A stretch of 64,000 nucleotides of DNA from the human T2T-CHM13v2.0 reference genome, Homo sapiens. Numbering within the stretch: position 1 is the stretch's first letter; every line of letters begins with the position of its first letter. The stretch is from NCBI RefSeq assembly GCF_009914755.1, contig NC_060926.1; one strand, written 5' to 3'. The position numbers and the translations under genes are program-made. The notes beneath the pieces were generated by a model. The model had not been told where the DNA came from. It saw only the letters and a program-made list of their open reading frames with translations, and ran no database searches. Positions 40,851 through 56,259 of the stretch are shown in pieces.

Positions 40851-42785
40851 GTAAGAAAAGGACTAGGTGCTGCCAAAAAGTTAACATTTTTTAAAGAAGT
40901 TTGGTTAAATATTAGTTCTTTCCATGGTTAACTTAATTTTAGTTTCTACTTGCAGAATAAATGTTTTCAAACAGAAGTGATTCAGTTAACATACGCTGAC
41001 CTCCCTTGTGATGTATGTGATACTTTTTGAAGGTGCTGGAGAGATGGAAATGATACATTCTTTTCCATCTAGGGATCTCACAATCGTGTGGAGTTGATGT
41101 ACTGTCTGCATAAGAAATTAGAATTTAAGAAAGACTCATGACTCAGTAATGTGGAAAAGAGAGTACCATCGTTGATTGACTGATGGGAAGATAACATCCA
41201 ATGGGAGGACATGGCAAAATCAAAGCCTCATCTCTGAGAGACATGTCAGTCTTCGTTTGGACCTTGGGGATGAGTAGGATATCTGTAGGTAGAAAGGAGC
41301 ATTCAGGGCAAGGAGAAACCACACAGGCACAGGCAGGAAGGCCAGATAATGCGGAACATTTTTTAATGGATATTTGTATCTTCATCTCCTAGTCATAAGG
41401 ACTGAATAAATCTGTAGAATAAATACTTATAAAAGTACAAGTAGTCTGTAGGGTGAGGCAGGATAGGGTTTGGATAACAATAATAACCTTTTTTGAGCAT
41501 TTTCTATGTGCTAGGCATTGTTCTCAGTGCTTTATTGGTAATAATTATTTCCTTAGAACAGCTTTATTGAGAAGATAGTACTATGATTCTTTTTTTTACA
41601 AATGAGATAGAGGTTACAAATGAAATAAACCTACTAAGTGGTAGAACTGGGATTTACACTCTTACTAATGTGCTCTTAAAGGGAGAAAGGATGAAAAGGT
41701 GGTTTTCTTCTGAATGCAATTGACAGGGCATTACAGGATTTTGAGAAAGGAGTTACGAGGTTTTGGATCTGTGTTGTAAATAGGTGTATTTTGGGATTCA
41801 AGATAAGGAGACCAGTTAGCCTCCAAGTGAGGTTGTCTGTGTCAGTTTAAGAAGTATGAAGAGGGTCTGAGCTAGGGCAGTATATGTGTGGAAAGGAGGG
41901 ATTAATATGAGAGGCCTTGAGAGGTGGAAATGAGTTTGTCAGCTGATTGGTTTTGTGCTGCTGGGCTGGGGAAAGGTGATGTGGAAGGAGGCTCCGAATT
42001 CTCTGAACGACCTGGGAAGGTACCTGGATTTACCAAGTTAGGAAGCCTGGAGAAAAGTGGTTTGTATTTAAAGGACATGTGAGTGTGGATGTTTAGGGAC
42101 GGTTCAAAGGGAAGGTTAGTGCTATCTGTTGTATTTGATAATGTCTATGTCTTCATTATATTTTTAAACATGTGCCACATTGAATTTTTTTTCCTTCAAA
42201 CCAGCACATTTGCAGAACATTCAAAGGGGGAACTGGAGAAGTGTCAGAGTGTTTTGTGTGATTTGGAAGAATTTCTTTTATAATGGAAAATGGTTTCCAA
42301 CTTTTTTAGAATTCTATAAGCCTGGTAATAGTGCCTTTTTGATAGGTGTAAGGTCATGGAAATGATAGTCTGACACATTGGCTGATGGCTTTTCCACTTC
42401 TCTGGAAGATTTTGCTAGTAGACTTAGAGCCAGGACCAGTGGAGCTGAATTTTTCCTGGTGACTTTTAGAGTAGAATCTGGAATAGAATAAATACGTCTT
42501 AGTCTTGATTGTCAGTGTTGACAAGATATTCACTTAGAGATATATAAATTGAATTAAAGGAATCAAAAAAGGATCAGTGGTCATGACTAGAGATTAAGAT
42601 TGGAAGCATCTGCATGTAGATAGTAACTAAGACCATTTAAATTTTTTGTTTGCATATCTGCAGTTAAGCAAATAAATGCTGTTCCTGTATTTTTGAATAA
42701 ATAATTGCCTATAGGGGAAATACCACTAAATCCTGGTCTCATTTGTTGGCTTTTTCATTACTGTCCTTTCTTCCTGGGCTCTTAG

Positions 42786-43136
<351 letters not shown>

Positions 43137-43755
43137 TAGTCTTTAGCCCTGTAAGGTTGCTAACAGTGCTGCTGGCTTCTCTCCCTCTTAGCTATGACTT
43201 TCCTTGCATATTGTCAGCCTTTCCATATGTTCCTCTTACCACCAAAATTTGCAGATGGCCAGAGCAGAAAAAGCAAGGTTCTCCAAGAACGTTGGCCCCT
43301 TTCCCTGCAGTTGCCTTCTCTCCTAGATCTTGGTCCCTCAAGTCCAGGTTGCTTCCACAGCTTTTCCACAGCCACCAATCAGATGTTTTCCTTTTACCTA
43401 CCTTTTCTAGCTGTTTCCTGTGAGGACCTTGGTTTGCTGGTACTTCATTGTATCTGGAACAAAATGTTTTAAACAGCCTGGGTCTTGCCGTGTCATCCAG
43501 GCTGGAGGGCAGAGACTATTCACAGGCTCACTACAGCCTCAAATTCCTAGGCTTAAGTGATTCTCCTGTCTCAGTCTTCTGAGTAGCTGGGACTATACAG
43601 GTGTGCACCACCATGCTTGGCTTGGAGCAGAATGTTTTTGAATCATTACATATTATTGTTTGTTAGACCATATGCAAAAAAGAAATAGTTAAATTTCCTT
43701 GTCCTTAATTTCTCAGAAAACAATTCATTTGTGTTGTATTTACGACTTTTTACAG

Positions 43756-43896
43756 GTTCTCCTGTTGTCCCCAGTTCCAGAACTGAGGGATTCTTCAAAA
43801 CTTCATGATTCTCTCTATAATGAGGATTGTACTTTCCAACAGCTTGGAACTTACATTGATTCTATCAGAGATCCTGTCCATAACAGAGTCACCCTA
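43756..43896 (+). pseudogene. ANAPC1P1: ANAPC1P exon 15 (VLLLSPVPELRD...NRVTL)
   Basis: 141 nt, acag/gtaagt. Confidence 0.9.
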
Positions 43897-44422
43897 GTAA
43901 GTATAAACATTTGGTAGCTTTCCAAGAAGTGGGCTGGCATTTCAAATTTGACAGAATACAGAATTTTGTCTGAAAAATGACAACAAACATTTCTCATGAT
44001 TTAAAAAAATCTATTGTGTCATTTTTTGGCACTATTTTACTTTTTACTATACAGTAATTCTGCTTGTTTTCTACAGTTTCTGTATTATTAAAAACTTAGT
44101 GAAAACAAAAGCTTGTTGAGTCAGTTGAATTGTAAATTGATGTGATTTTTTGTCGTCTCATTAAAAGTAAATGTCCTTTTGATGATGGTGACTCACTGTA
44201 TAAAGATTAGACACTTTTTATTAAAACAAGCATTTTGGAAAACATTTTGCAAATAATTACATTTAAAGTTTCTGAAATTTGGAAGTGTTCATTTCTGTTT
44301 GAAAATTGTTTTTCATTTATTTTATTGCTTTGATGGGCAAAGTCTTGTACCAGCTATTTTTAAGACATTCAAAGACTTAGAATGCACAGATTTTATTTAC
44401 TTTCTCATTTGTTTCCATCTAG

Positions 44423-44483
44423 GAACTGAGTAATGGCTCCATGGTTAGGATCACTGTTCCTGAAATTGCCACCTCTGAGTTAG
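44423..44483 (+). pseudogene. ANAPC1P1: ANAPC1P exon 16 (ELSNGSMVRITVPEIATSEL)
   Basis: 61 nt, ctag/gtacga. Confidence 0.9.
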
Positions 44484-44751
44484 GTACGATTGAGAAGTTT
44501 CATTTATAAGACATGAAGTAATTGTGATTTACATTAATAATTGGGGTTTTAAACATTATTTTGCCATTTTTGAAGCCACTGGATCAAGTTCTTAGCTTTG
44601 TAGAGGAGCCTTAAAGAGCTAGGGAGTGCTTTGTGATGTCCACTCTATGTGTGCTCTAAGGCTGGAGTACAGGTGAAGGATGTGCTATTTCTGTTCTCTG
44701 AGGTTCTTCTGTTGGGGAATATTGTGCAGTATAATAATATATGGACATGCC

Positions 44752-45038
44752 TGCTGGGCATGGTGGCTCACTCCTGTAATCCCAACATTTTGTGAGACTG
44801 AGGCAGGTGGATCGCTTGAGGTCGGTAGTTCGAGACCAGCCCGGCCAACGTGGTGAAACCCTTTCTCTACTAAAAATACAAAAATCAGCGGGGTGTGGTG
44901 GTGCACTTCTGTAATCTCAGCTACTTGGGAGTCTGAGGCAAGAGAATCGCTTGAACCCAGAATGCGGAGGTTGCAGTGAGCCAAGATCGTGCCACTGCGC
45001 TCCAGCCTAGGTGATAGAGTGAGACTCAGTCTCAAAAA

Positions 45039-45088
<50 letters not shown>

Positions 45089-45184
45089 GTATATGTATAT
45101 ATATATGTATATATATATGTATATGTATATATATATGTATATGTATATGTATATGTATATATATATATGTATATGTATATATAT
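44752..45184 (+). mobile_element. Alu with poly(A) extended into a (TA)/(TATG) microsatellite (45047-45184)
   Basis: TSD atatggacatgcct on both sides. Confidence 0.93.
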
Positions 45185-46218
45185 GGACATGCCTCTTGCA
45201 AGAACATCTGGGAAACTGGAAGCCTAAGCGACTAAGATAATTCTTGGCATATTTAATGTTTTTTTCTGTAATGTATTAATGATGTTTTTAATTTTAAAAT
45301 GAATATCTCAATTTTCAGATAAATTGTGAAAGTAACCTAATTGCCTTAATTGAATAAAACTTAATATTATTGTCAAAATACAATCAGAATTATCTTAATA
45401 AATATTGGATTCTGCTTGAATTATTCCTGAGATGCAATTTCAAAAATGCTAGAGGAGAATATTTCTGAACATAGCATAGTAAACAAAATGTTAGAATTGA
45501 AGGGATTTGCCAACAAACGTAGGTTAAGAAAAGAATGCCTGTATGATATAAGGAAGTTCATGACATATCTTGGTTTCCAATCTAACTGCCAAAGCAAGAC
45601 ATTGGCAGATTGTAGACAAGAATAACTTTTTCATTTTAGGAATTTTCACTGCTGGTAAATGGTATTCCAAGTTGCTATAGAGATTCCTTGCCTTCTAAAA
45701 GGTATTTCGTAATCACAAGGCCAGGTACCTAGAAGTATGATAAGCCTAAGCAAAATATATAAAAACAAATAATAATGGAAGAAATTAAATAAATAAAAAC
45801 AAAAAATCTTACCCCTTTATAGCCAAATAGAAGCCCCATAGTTTATGCACATAAGTTTATGTACTTTACCTGCAAAGGGTTCTCACACACTCATGCAGCA
45901 TTGGGTTTACACTTATTTTGGATTCAGCTATGACATACTTGGTTATATGGTATTTTAATATTATTTGCTTCCAACCTGTGCTGTGTGAGTTTGCATATTG
46001 CAAACTGACGGGATAGAGGATATGCTGATGAGGGTGGGCCCAGTGGCATGACAGTGGAAAGGGAAAAAAGAATCCTGGAAGAGAGGATATGTGAGTACAC
46101 AAACATTGCAGTTTGGGATTATTTACTACTAAAAGCAGATTTGGGTCTCTTCACAGTGGTAGCCCTGGCCACTCTGAGGGGATCATTGTATGACAGTGTA
46201 GTGCTATAATTGATGTGG

Positions 46219-47555
<1,337 letters not shown>

Positions 47556-47778
47556 AGCTGTCTTCAGACCCCTTTCAAGCCCTGTTGAATTCAGTAGTTG
47601 GTTTTAGTTTCAGATGATGGGTTAGGTAATGTTTGCATCTCATTGGCTCTTTAATGACAGTTTTCTTTTCATAATAATTGGCCTTTACATAGTAGAAGTT
47701 AAAGAAACTTGGTTATTGAAAGGGGAAAAGAAATGCATGCAGAGTAAGAATACTAAAATTAATCTTTGCTTTTAATAG

Positions 47779-47966
47779 TACAAACGTGTTTGCAAACAAT
47801 TAAGTTTATCCTGCCAAAAGAAATAGCAGTTCAGATGCTTGTCAAGTGGTACAATGTCCACAGTGCTCCAGGAGGACCCAGTTATCACTCAGAGTGGAAT
47901 TTATTTGTGACTTGTCTCATGAACGTGATGGGTTTTAACACAGACCGCTTAGCATGGACTAGAAAT
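47779..47966 (+). pseudogene. ANAPC1P1: ANAPC1P exon 17, copy 1 (QTCLQTIKF...MNVMGFNTDRLAWTRN)
   Basis: 188 nt, atag/gtaagt. Confidence 0.9.
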
Positions 47967-48651
47967 GTAAGTAAATACAATTGTTTTCTTTATGAGTTAT
48001 TCTGTTAATGTAATGGTTGCATAATTGGTAATATAACATTGAGACTATATAATAGGCGTACCATATTCAAAATAATAGAATAATATTAAGGTTTATTGTA
48101 TCTATATGTTGTAAATCAAATCTCACTTAATATTTAATGTTAACATTTTACTAGTGATTATAATTACTGAGCTTTAGAATGTTAAAGCATATATGACTAT
48201 TTCTCATTTCACCTTTGTAAAATGACTGCAAGTTATGCTAGGATTAGTGATAGTCTTGGTTTTATTGATGAAGAAACTGGATCACAAAGAAATCACAGAT
48301 CTGTGATTTTTTAAAAACTATGACTAGACTGCATCTTCTGACTCCTTGTTTAACATTGTTTTCTGAAGATAAGATTGTCTTTTTACACACATATTGCTTG
48401 GGATGTGAAGAGGAAGGTTTGATTTGAGGGAGATTTAAAGTGCTTTAGCCTGAGTATCTACTCTGTTAATGGTAGAAAGCCTTACCTCTCACCCTCTTCC
48501 CCCAGTAACATCCTTACAGGCCCTTATTAGATTATTTACAAAATCAGCAGAGTGGTGTCTTCAGTATTGGTGATCTCCTTCTAGCTTTGGAGATCACTCC
48601 CAGGACAACTTTGCCTGGGTCACTCTGAAAAAAAATCACTCTAGACTATAA

Positions 48652-49015
<364 letters not shown>

Positions 49016-49599
49016 AGCAAATCCATTTTTAAAACTTGTTTTTTGTCTTAATTATGAAAGGAAAATGTGGAAAATGGAGGAATTAAGAAAATAATTATAC
49101 TACTCAGAGATAACCACTCTAAATATTTTTGATGTTACCTTCTATATAAAAATACCAATGAAAATTTCCCGTTATCATTAAAAATTTTTTCTAAAATATC
49201 TCCATCATTTCTTCATAGTGTAGTTTTATCATAATTAACCAATAGCTAATAATTGTGCCTTGTGAATCTGTTGTTTTTGTTATTGTAATTTATAAGCATC
49301 CTTTTTCACGAATCTTTAACCACATCTCTAGTTACTTCCCAAGAATTGAATCTTAAAAGAGAAACTATGAGGTCAAGTAATGTTTGGAAAGGGGTTCCCA
49401 GGTGACATTCTTACTAGCATCATTTAAAAGCGCCCATTTCACCACAGTGTTTATTTGTGGTGTGGTGAACCTTTGCCAGCTTCCTGAGAAATTTTATCTT
49501 ATTTCTCTATAAGTAAATGGGAATGGTTTTTTCAAAATTTCATCAGTTATTTATAGTTCTTATTTTTTGATTCGTATTTCATGTCCTTTGTCTATGTTC

Positions 49600-50205
49600 C
49601 AGTCTCTTCTCAGACCAGTGGCCAAAGTAATCCTGTTTGATAACGTCAGGTTGCGTTCGTCACGCCTCTGCGTAGAATCCCCCAGTGACTTCCCATGTCA
49701 CTCAGAGTAAAGGCCATAGGCCTATAAGATGCCATGTGACCTAGCCCTTGCTCACCTTCCTGGTCTTATTTCTTAATGCTTTGCACACATCATCCCGGCC
49801 ACATTGGCCTCAGCTCTGTTCCCTGAGCACTGCCAGCATGTTTCTGCCTCTGAGTGTTTGCACTTGCCATTACCTCTATGGAGAATGCTTTCCCTCCGAC
49901 AAGACGTGCTTAGGTCTTTATTCAGATGTCACCTCAGTGCTGCCTGTCCTGTCTCTCTCTATAGAATTACACCTGCCTCCATACCTTTAGTGCCATTTAC
50001 CTGTTTTTCTTTCTTCTCACTTAATTAAATATAATATACTATATGTTTTACTTATTTTGTTTTGTATCCCTCCTCCCCCAACTGGAATGTAAATTCTAGG
50101 AAGGCAAAGATTTTTGCTTAGTTTTGTTTACTACTCTCTCTCTCCAGGACCTGTGGTATTGCCTGGCATAGAAGGATACTCAGTGAACATTTGTTGAGTG
50201 AATGC
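49600..50205 (+). mobile_element. L2 3' fragment (copy 2 ~59260-59866)
   Basis: Ends with L2 tail gcctggcatag...atttgttgagtgaatg. Confidence 0.7.
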
Positions 50206-50317
50206 CATTTTCCATCTGAGTGAGATACTGTTTTTAAGAGTTTGTGTCTATTTCAGCACATGAAGGAATTGCTGTCTGCAATTTCCTTGAGAAAAATCTT
50301 ATGGGAAAATAGGGACA

Positions 50318-50626
<309 letters not shown>

Positions 50627-52874
50627 TTCTTTTCTAATTTTAAACAATTGTATCCAAGTGACATTATCCTCAATTTTTCTGTTCTTTATTACATGTGAAA
50701 AGATTAAGCCTCATAGAAACTGGATTTCTACATTATGAAAAAGCATGTCAGCTTTCTGTAGTTTTGTGTATCATTGTCCTTGGAACTTGTTGATGAGTAC
50801 AGATTGTTGTGTCCTAGTCTCTGGCAGAGAACCTATGCCCCCTCGCGTTTCCATGTTTTGGGGAGGACTGAGCACCTACCCATTTTTTCCTTTGCAAAGA
50901 AGGACATGGCTCTTTGACTTACTTATTGCATGATAATTATAAAGGAAGGAATAAGGAAATCAATTCTTGAGGCCAAGTTGCTTTGCCATTTATTTATAGG
51001 ACTGCGTGGTTAAACCCTTGCTATCTTTTGTCCTCATAGTCAAAGCTTAGGATGAAATGGTCCTCATTGGCAAATGGTTTTCATTTTGCTTTGTTCAGAT
51101 TTATTCTTTTTGTTTTCACATATATAATGTGGTGGAGTACAGAATTTCTGCCAATGACTCGTTACACAATTTTTGGCATTTCTTTGTGCTTTCTTTAATT
51201 TGCTGATGTGTTACATGAGTGCACTGGACTGTACATTGTAGGAACAGTTGCATTTGGGGTTAACTTTTTGTGGCTTTTGGGCTGCTCTTTTTTTCATTAG
51301 ATAAATATTGAATCCCTGCTGTGGGCCAGGCATGATGCCAGGTTTCTCACATATACCCCAGACAAAACAGATTGTTCCTCTGGAATTGACTGTCTTGAGG
51401 GAAACAAATAAATAATATTTGATACATGTGTTATGATAGATGAAGGGTAAGGGTCCATAGGAGCATATAACAGGGTTGGCTAACCTGAGACACATTGAAA
51501 GAGTGAAGATTAAACAGATCCATGTATGGCACAAAGAGCCATCCTTATCAGGCAGTTTCTACTTTCTCATAACTCCAGGCCTTATGAATCTGATAATTAT
51601 AGCAGGGACATTCTTTTTGACTGTGGGACTTTGTGTGTGTTACATTTTGGTTGAAGTTTTAGGTTAGATAGTTACTGTTATATTTGTTGCTTTGATTTCA
51701 CTGTTACTACCAGGTTTTTTATAATATATATGAGTTGGGCTGTTTTTTATTTGAATGCTTCACAAGCAAATCTTCTCTCTCAATAACATTCGGTTTTAAA
51801 AATCACTTTATTGCTACCTATGTTTAGTTTTTATATAGAAATCAACTCTGTTTAGGTGAGTGAGTTGATAAATATGTAAGTTTTTCAGCATAGGAAAATA
51901 GCCATTGCCATTTATAGAGTTACAGTTTATTAGTTGATGGTCAATGTCCATGTGAAGTAGCTGGGGCAGCAAAGATTATGCCAGGGGAAATTGAAGAAGA
52001 GCAACTTGCAGAAAACTGCTTTGATGTAGTTGTACTAGTTAAAAGATAGGCTCACTATTGTAATAGAAAGGCCTCAAAAGATACAATGGCTCAAACACAA
52101 TAAAAATGTCTGTCTTGTTTACATAACAGGGCTTAGCAGATAAACAGGCCACACAGTTATTCAGGAACCCAGGTTGATGGAGGATCTTTTGTCTTCGGTT
52201 CAAAGCTTGCCGTTGGTTGACTGCATTCCAGTCAGGTGGAAGGGGCAAAGAGCCTGGAGGAGCAGGGGTAGGACTGGACTGGTCCTGGAAGTGATGACAG
52301 TGACTTCCATTTATAATTAACTCTGTCAAAGGGTCACACCTAACTTCAAAGGAGGCAGACGTATGTATGTAGTCTGGCTGTGGGTTCAGTAGAAAGAGGA
52401 GAAAAAAGATTTTCCAGAGTAGCTACTTGTCTCTGCCATAGAATTGTTAGATAGTTTACTGTAGGTGGACTGTAAATAAATGTTTGCTTAGTTCTAACAT
52501 TTGACTGATATTGGGTTGATCCTTTGAGACTTGGTATATTGTGGATATGCCTAAAGTTTCTTTTTCTACCAAAGATGTGATGTAATCTATGTCGTTACAG
52601 AAGTAGGAGAGGGAAGGAAACTACCATTAAAATCAGTCCTTAGGAGCCCAGGCACTGTTCTAGATGTTTGCATATATTAATATGATTTCATTTCATCTTT
52701 ACAGTAACCTGGAAGAAAGATATTTAAATAATGACTTTCCAGATCAAAAAATGAGTTTTGATGGCTTTTCTCAGTTTTCATAATTGGCAGAACTGATTTC
52801 CGAATCCTTTAAGTTGATCAGTTGACAGGAATGCATTTATGATTTTTATCTTTTCTTTTGGGGTTACTTTTCAG

Positions 52875-52949
52875 TTTGACTTTGAAGGATCACTTTCCCC
52901 TGTCATTGCACCCAAAAAAGCAAGGCCTTCTGAGACTGGATCTGATGAT
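52875..52949 (+). pseudogene. ANAPC1P1: ANAPC1P exon 18, copy 1 (FDFEGSLSPVIAPKKARPSETGSDD)
   Basis: 75 nt, tcag/gtaagc. Confidence 0.9.
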
Positions 52950-53212
52950 GTAAGCATTATTATTTCTTGCTAATATAAATTAATTTATGGATATTCATAC
53001 TATTCTTCCACTTCTGTGGTATTCCTATCAATTCCTCTATCTTTCCAACACCTTTCACTTTATTTATTTTAATACTGAATAGCAATTATTTTGAAGAGTA
53101 GGATCTGTTACATTTTCTATGGTCTTTAATGATTATCCAAAAATTAATGTATGTATTACTGCATGATTTCAGTTTGGGTTTGTAGACATTTTATTATCAA
53201 CTGATCACCTGA

Positions 53213-53592
<380 letters not shown>

Positions 53593-53818
53593 GGGCAAGA
53601 CACCCTCAGAGCACAGGGTGCTGCCAAGAGCCCGGCCGAGTGCAGCTGGAGCGCCGACGTCGCCAAGGATACACAGTGCTGACGCAGTACACAAGTGCGT
53701 CACAGTGGTCCTCCGCCGGCTACGTCAGTGGCTTTCAGGCGCTTTCCTGTTGGAATTGGCGACTGCTGCGGGGCTGAGCGCTGGTTTCACGCGTCTCGGG
53801 AGCCAGGTTGGCGGTGCG
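53593..53818 (+). promoter_or_regulatory. RANBP2-derived CpG-rich promoter / 5'UTR of RGPD
   Basis: CpG-dense; CRE/ATF-like motifs tgacgca (53680), tgcgtca (53696), acgtca (53722); lies directly before the RGPD ATG. Confidence 0.75.
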
Positions 53819-53890
53819 ATGAGGCGCAGCAAGGCCTACGGGGAGCGGTACCTCGCCTCGGTGCAGGGCTCCGCCCCGTCGCCTGGAAAG
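53819..53890 (+). CDS. RGPD1: RGPD (RANBP2-like and GRIP domain containing) exon 1, [24 protein letters not shown]
   Basis: 72 nt, phase 0, GTGAGT donor at 53891; homologous to RANBP2 N-terminus and matches recalled RGPD1/2-type sequence; symbol inferred from CD8B adjacency. Confidence 0.85.
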
Positions 53891-53914
53891 GTGAGTGGAT
53901 CTCGAAGAGACCGA

Positions 53915-54278
53915 CGGCCTCGACCTGGCCGGGCGGCGGCCTCGACCTGGCCGGGCGGCGGCCTCGACCTGGCCGGGCGGCGGCGGCGGCCTCGGCCTCC
54001 GCCTGGCCGGGCGGCGGCGGCCTCGGCCTCCGCCTGGCCGGGCGGCGGCGGCGGCCTCGGCCTCGGCCCCGGCCTGGCCGGGCGGCGGCGGCGGCGGCGA
54101 CGGCGGCGGCCTCGGCCTCGGCCTGGCCGGGCGGCGGCGGCGGCGGCGGCGGCGGCCTCGGCCTCGGCCTGGCCGGACGGCGGCGGCGGCCTCGGCCTGG
54201 CCGGGCGGCGGCGGCGGCCTCGGCCTGGCCGGGCGGCGGCGGCGGCGGCGGCCTCGGCCTCGGCCTTGGCCTCGGCCG

Positions 54279-54311
<33 letters not shown>

Positions 54312-54395
54312 CTCGGCCTGGCCGGGCGGCGGCGGCGGCGGCGGCGGCGGCCTCGACCTGGCCGGGCGGCGGCGGCGGCGGCCTCGACCTGGCCG

Positions 54396-54434
<39 letters not shown>

Positions 54435-54983
54435 CTCGGCCTGGCCGGGCGGCGGCGGCGGCGGCGGCGGCGGGGGCGGCGGCGGCGGCCTCGGCCTGGC
54501 CGGGCTGCGGCGGCGGCGGCGGCCTCGGCCTGGCCGGGCTGCGGCGGCGGTGGCGGCCTCGGCCTGGCCGGGCGGCGGCGGCGGCGGCGGCGGCGGCGGC
54601 CTCGGCCTCGGCCTCGGCCTCGGCCTTGGCCTCGACCTGGCCGGGCGGCGGCGGCGGCGGCGGCCTCGACCTGGCCGGGCGGCGGCGGCGGCGGCGGCGG
54701 CCTCGACCTGGCCGGGCGGCGGCGGCGGCGGCGGCGGCGGCGGCCTCGACCTGGCCGGGCGGCGGCGGCGGAGGCGGCGGCGGCGGCCTCGACCTGGCCG
54801 GGCGGCGGCGGCGGCGGCGGCGGCGGCGGCCTCGACCTGGCCGGGCGGCGGCGGCGGCGGCGGCGGCGGCCTCGACCTGGCCGGGCGGCGGCGGCGGCGG
54901 CCTCGACCTGGCCGGGCGGCGGCGGCGGCGGCGGCGGCGGCGGCCTCGACCTGGCCGGGCGGCGGCGGCGGCGGCGGCCTGGC
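53915..54983 (+). repeat. Compound GC-rich VNTR: core CTCG(A/G)CCTGGCCG plus (GGC)n, with CTCGGC hexamer stutters
   Basis: About 1.07 kb; pure GGC runs up to ~13 units (54396-54434); starts ~25 bp into RGPD intron 1. Confidence 0.97.
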
Positions 54984-55304
54984 CTAAGGTACTTCTGTTG
55001 GGGAATATTGTGCAGTATAATAATATATGGACATGCCTGCTGGGCATGGTGGCTCACACCTGTAATCCCAACATTTTGTGAGACTGAGGCAGGTGGATCG
55101 CTTGAGGTCGGTCGTTCGAGACCAGCCTGGCCAACGTGGTGAAACCCTTTCTCTACTGAAAATACAAAAATCAGCGGGGTGTGGTGGTGCACTTCTGTAA
55201 TCTCAGCTACTTGGGAGTCTGAGGCAGGAGAATTGCTTGAACCCAGAATGCGGAGGTTGCAGTGAGCCAAGATCGTGCCACTGCACTCCAGCCTAGGTGA
55301 TAGA

Positions 55305-55328
55305 GTTAGGGTTAGGGTTAGGGTTAGG
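55305..55328 (+). repeat. Short interstitial telomeric sequence, G(TTAGGG)3TTAGG
   Basis: Perfect hexamers at a deletion junction; absent from copy 1. Confidence 0.93.
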
Positions 55329-56091
55329 CAAGACATTGGCAGATTGTAGACAAGAATAACTTTTTCATTTTAGGAATTTTCACTGCTGGTAAATGGTATT
55401 CCAAGTTGCTATAGAGATTCCTTGCCTTCTAAAAGGTATTTCGTAATCACAAGGCCAGGTACCTAGAAGTATGATAAGCCTAAGCAAAATATATAAAAAC
55501 AAATAATAATGGAAGAAATTAAATAAATAAAAACAAAAAATCTTACCCCTTTATAGCCAAATAGAAGCCCCATAGTTTATGCACATAAGTTTATGTACTT
55601 TACCTGCAAAGGGTTCTCACACACTCATGCAGCATTGGGTTTACACTTATTTTGGATTCAGCTATGACATACTTGGTTATATGGTATTTTAATATTATTT
55701 GCTTCCAACCTGTGCTGTGTGAGTTTGCATATTGCAAACTGACGGGATAGAGGATATGCTGATGAGGGTGGGCCCAGTGGCATGACAGTGGAAAGGGAAA
55801 AAAGAATCCTGGAAGAGAGGATATGTGAGTACACAAACATTGCAGTTTGGGATTATTTACTACTAAAAGCAGATTTGGGTCTCTTCACAGTGGTAGCCCT
55901 GGCCACTCTGAGGGGATCATTGTATGACAGTGTAGTGCTATAATTGATGTGGAGCCACTGAGAATGGTATAAGGCCAGGTGTGGTGGGCTCGTGCTTGTA
56001 ATCCCCTCCCTTTGGAAGGCTGAGGTGAGGGGATTGCTTGAGGCCAGGAGTTTGAGACCAGCTTGGACAACATAGTGAGACTCGGTCTCTA

Positions 56092-56259
<168 letters not shown>

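Noticed and set aside
53915-54983. CRISPR-like repeat-spacer array
   Set aside because: Eukaryotic DNA; the 'spacers' are just (GGC)n of variable length and there are no cas genes.
55305-55328. TTAGGG tract as the ancestral chromosome 2 fusion site
   Set aside because: Only ~4 perfect units in one orientation with no subtelomeric flanks; the fusion site is a long degenerate head-to-head array elsewhere.
53618-55336. 400-530 aa ORFs as conventional protein-coding genes
   Set aside because: Openness follows from a repeat lacking stop codons; only 53819-53890 has a splice donor and homology. Kept as a hypothesis under findings.
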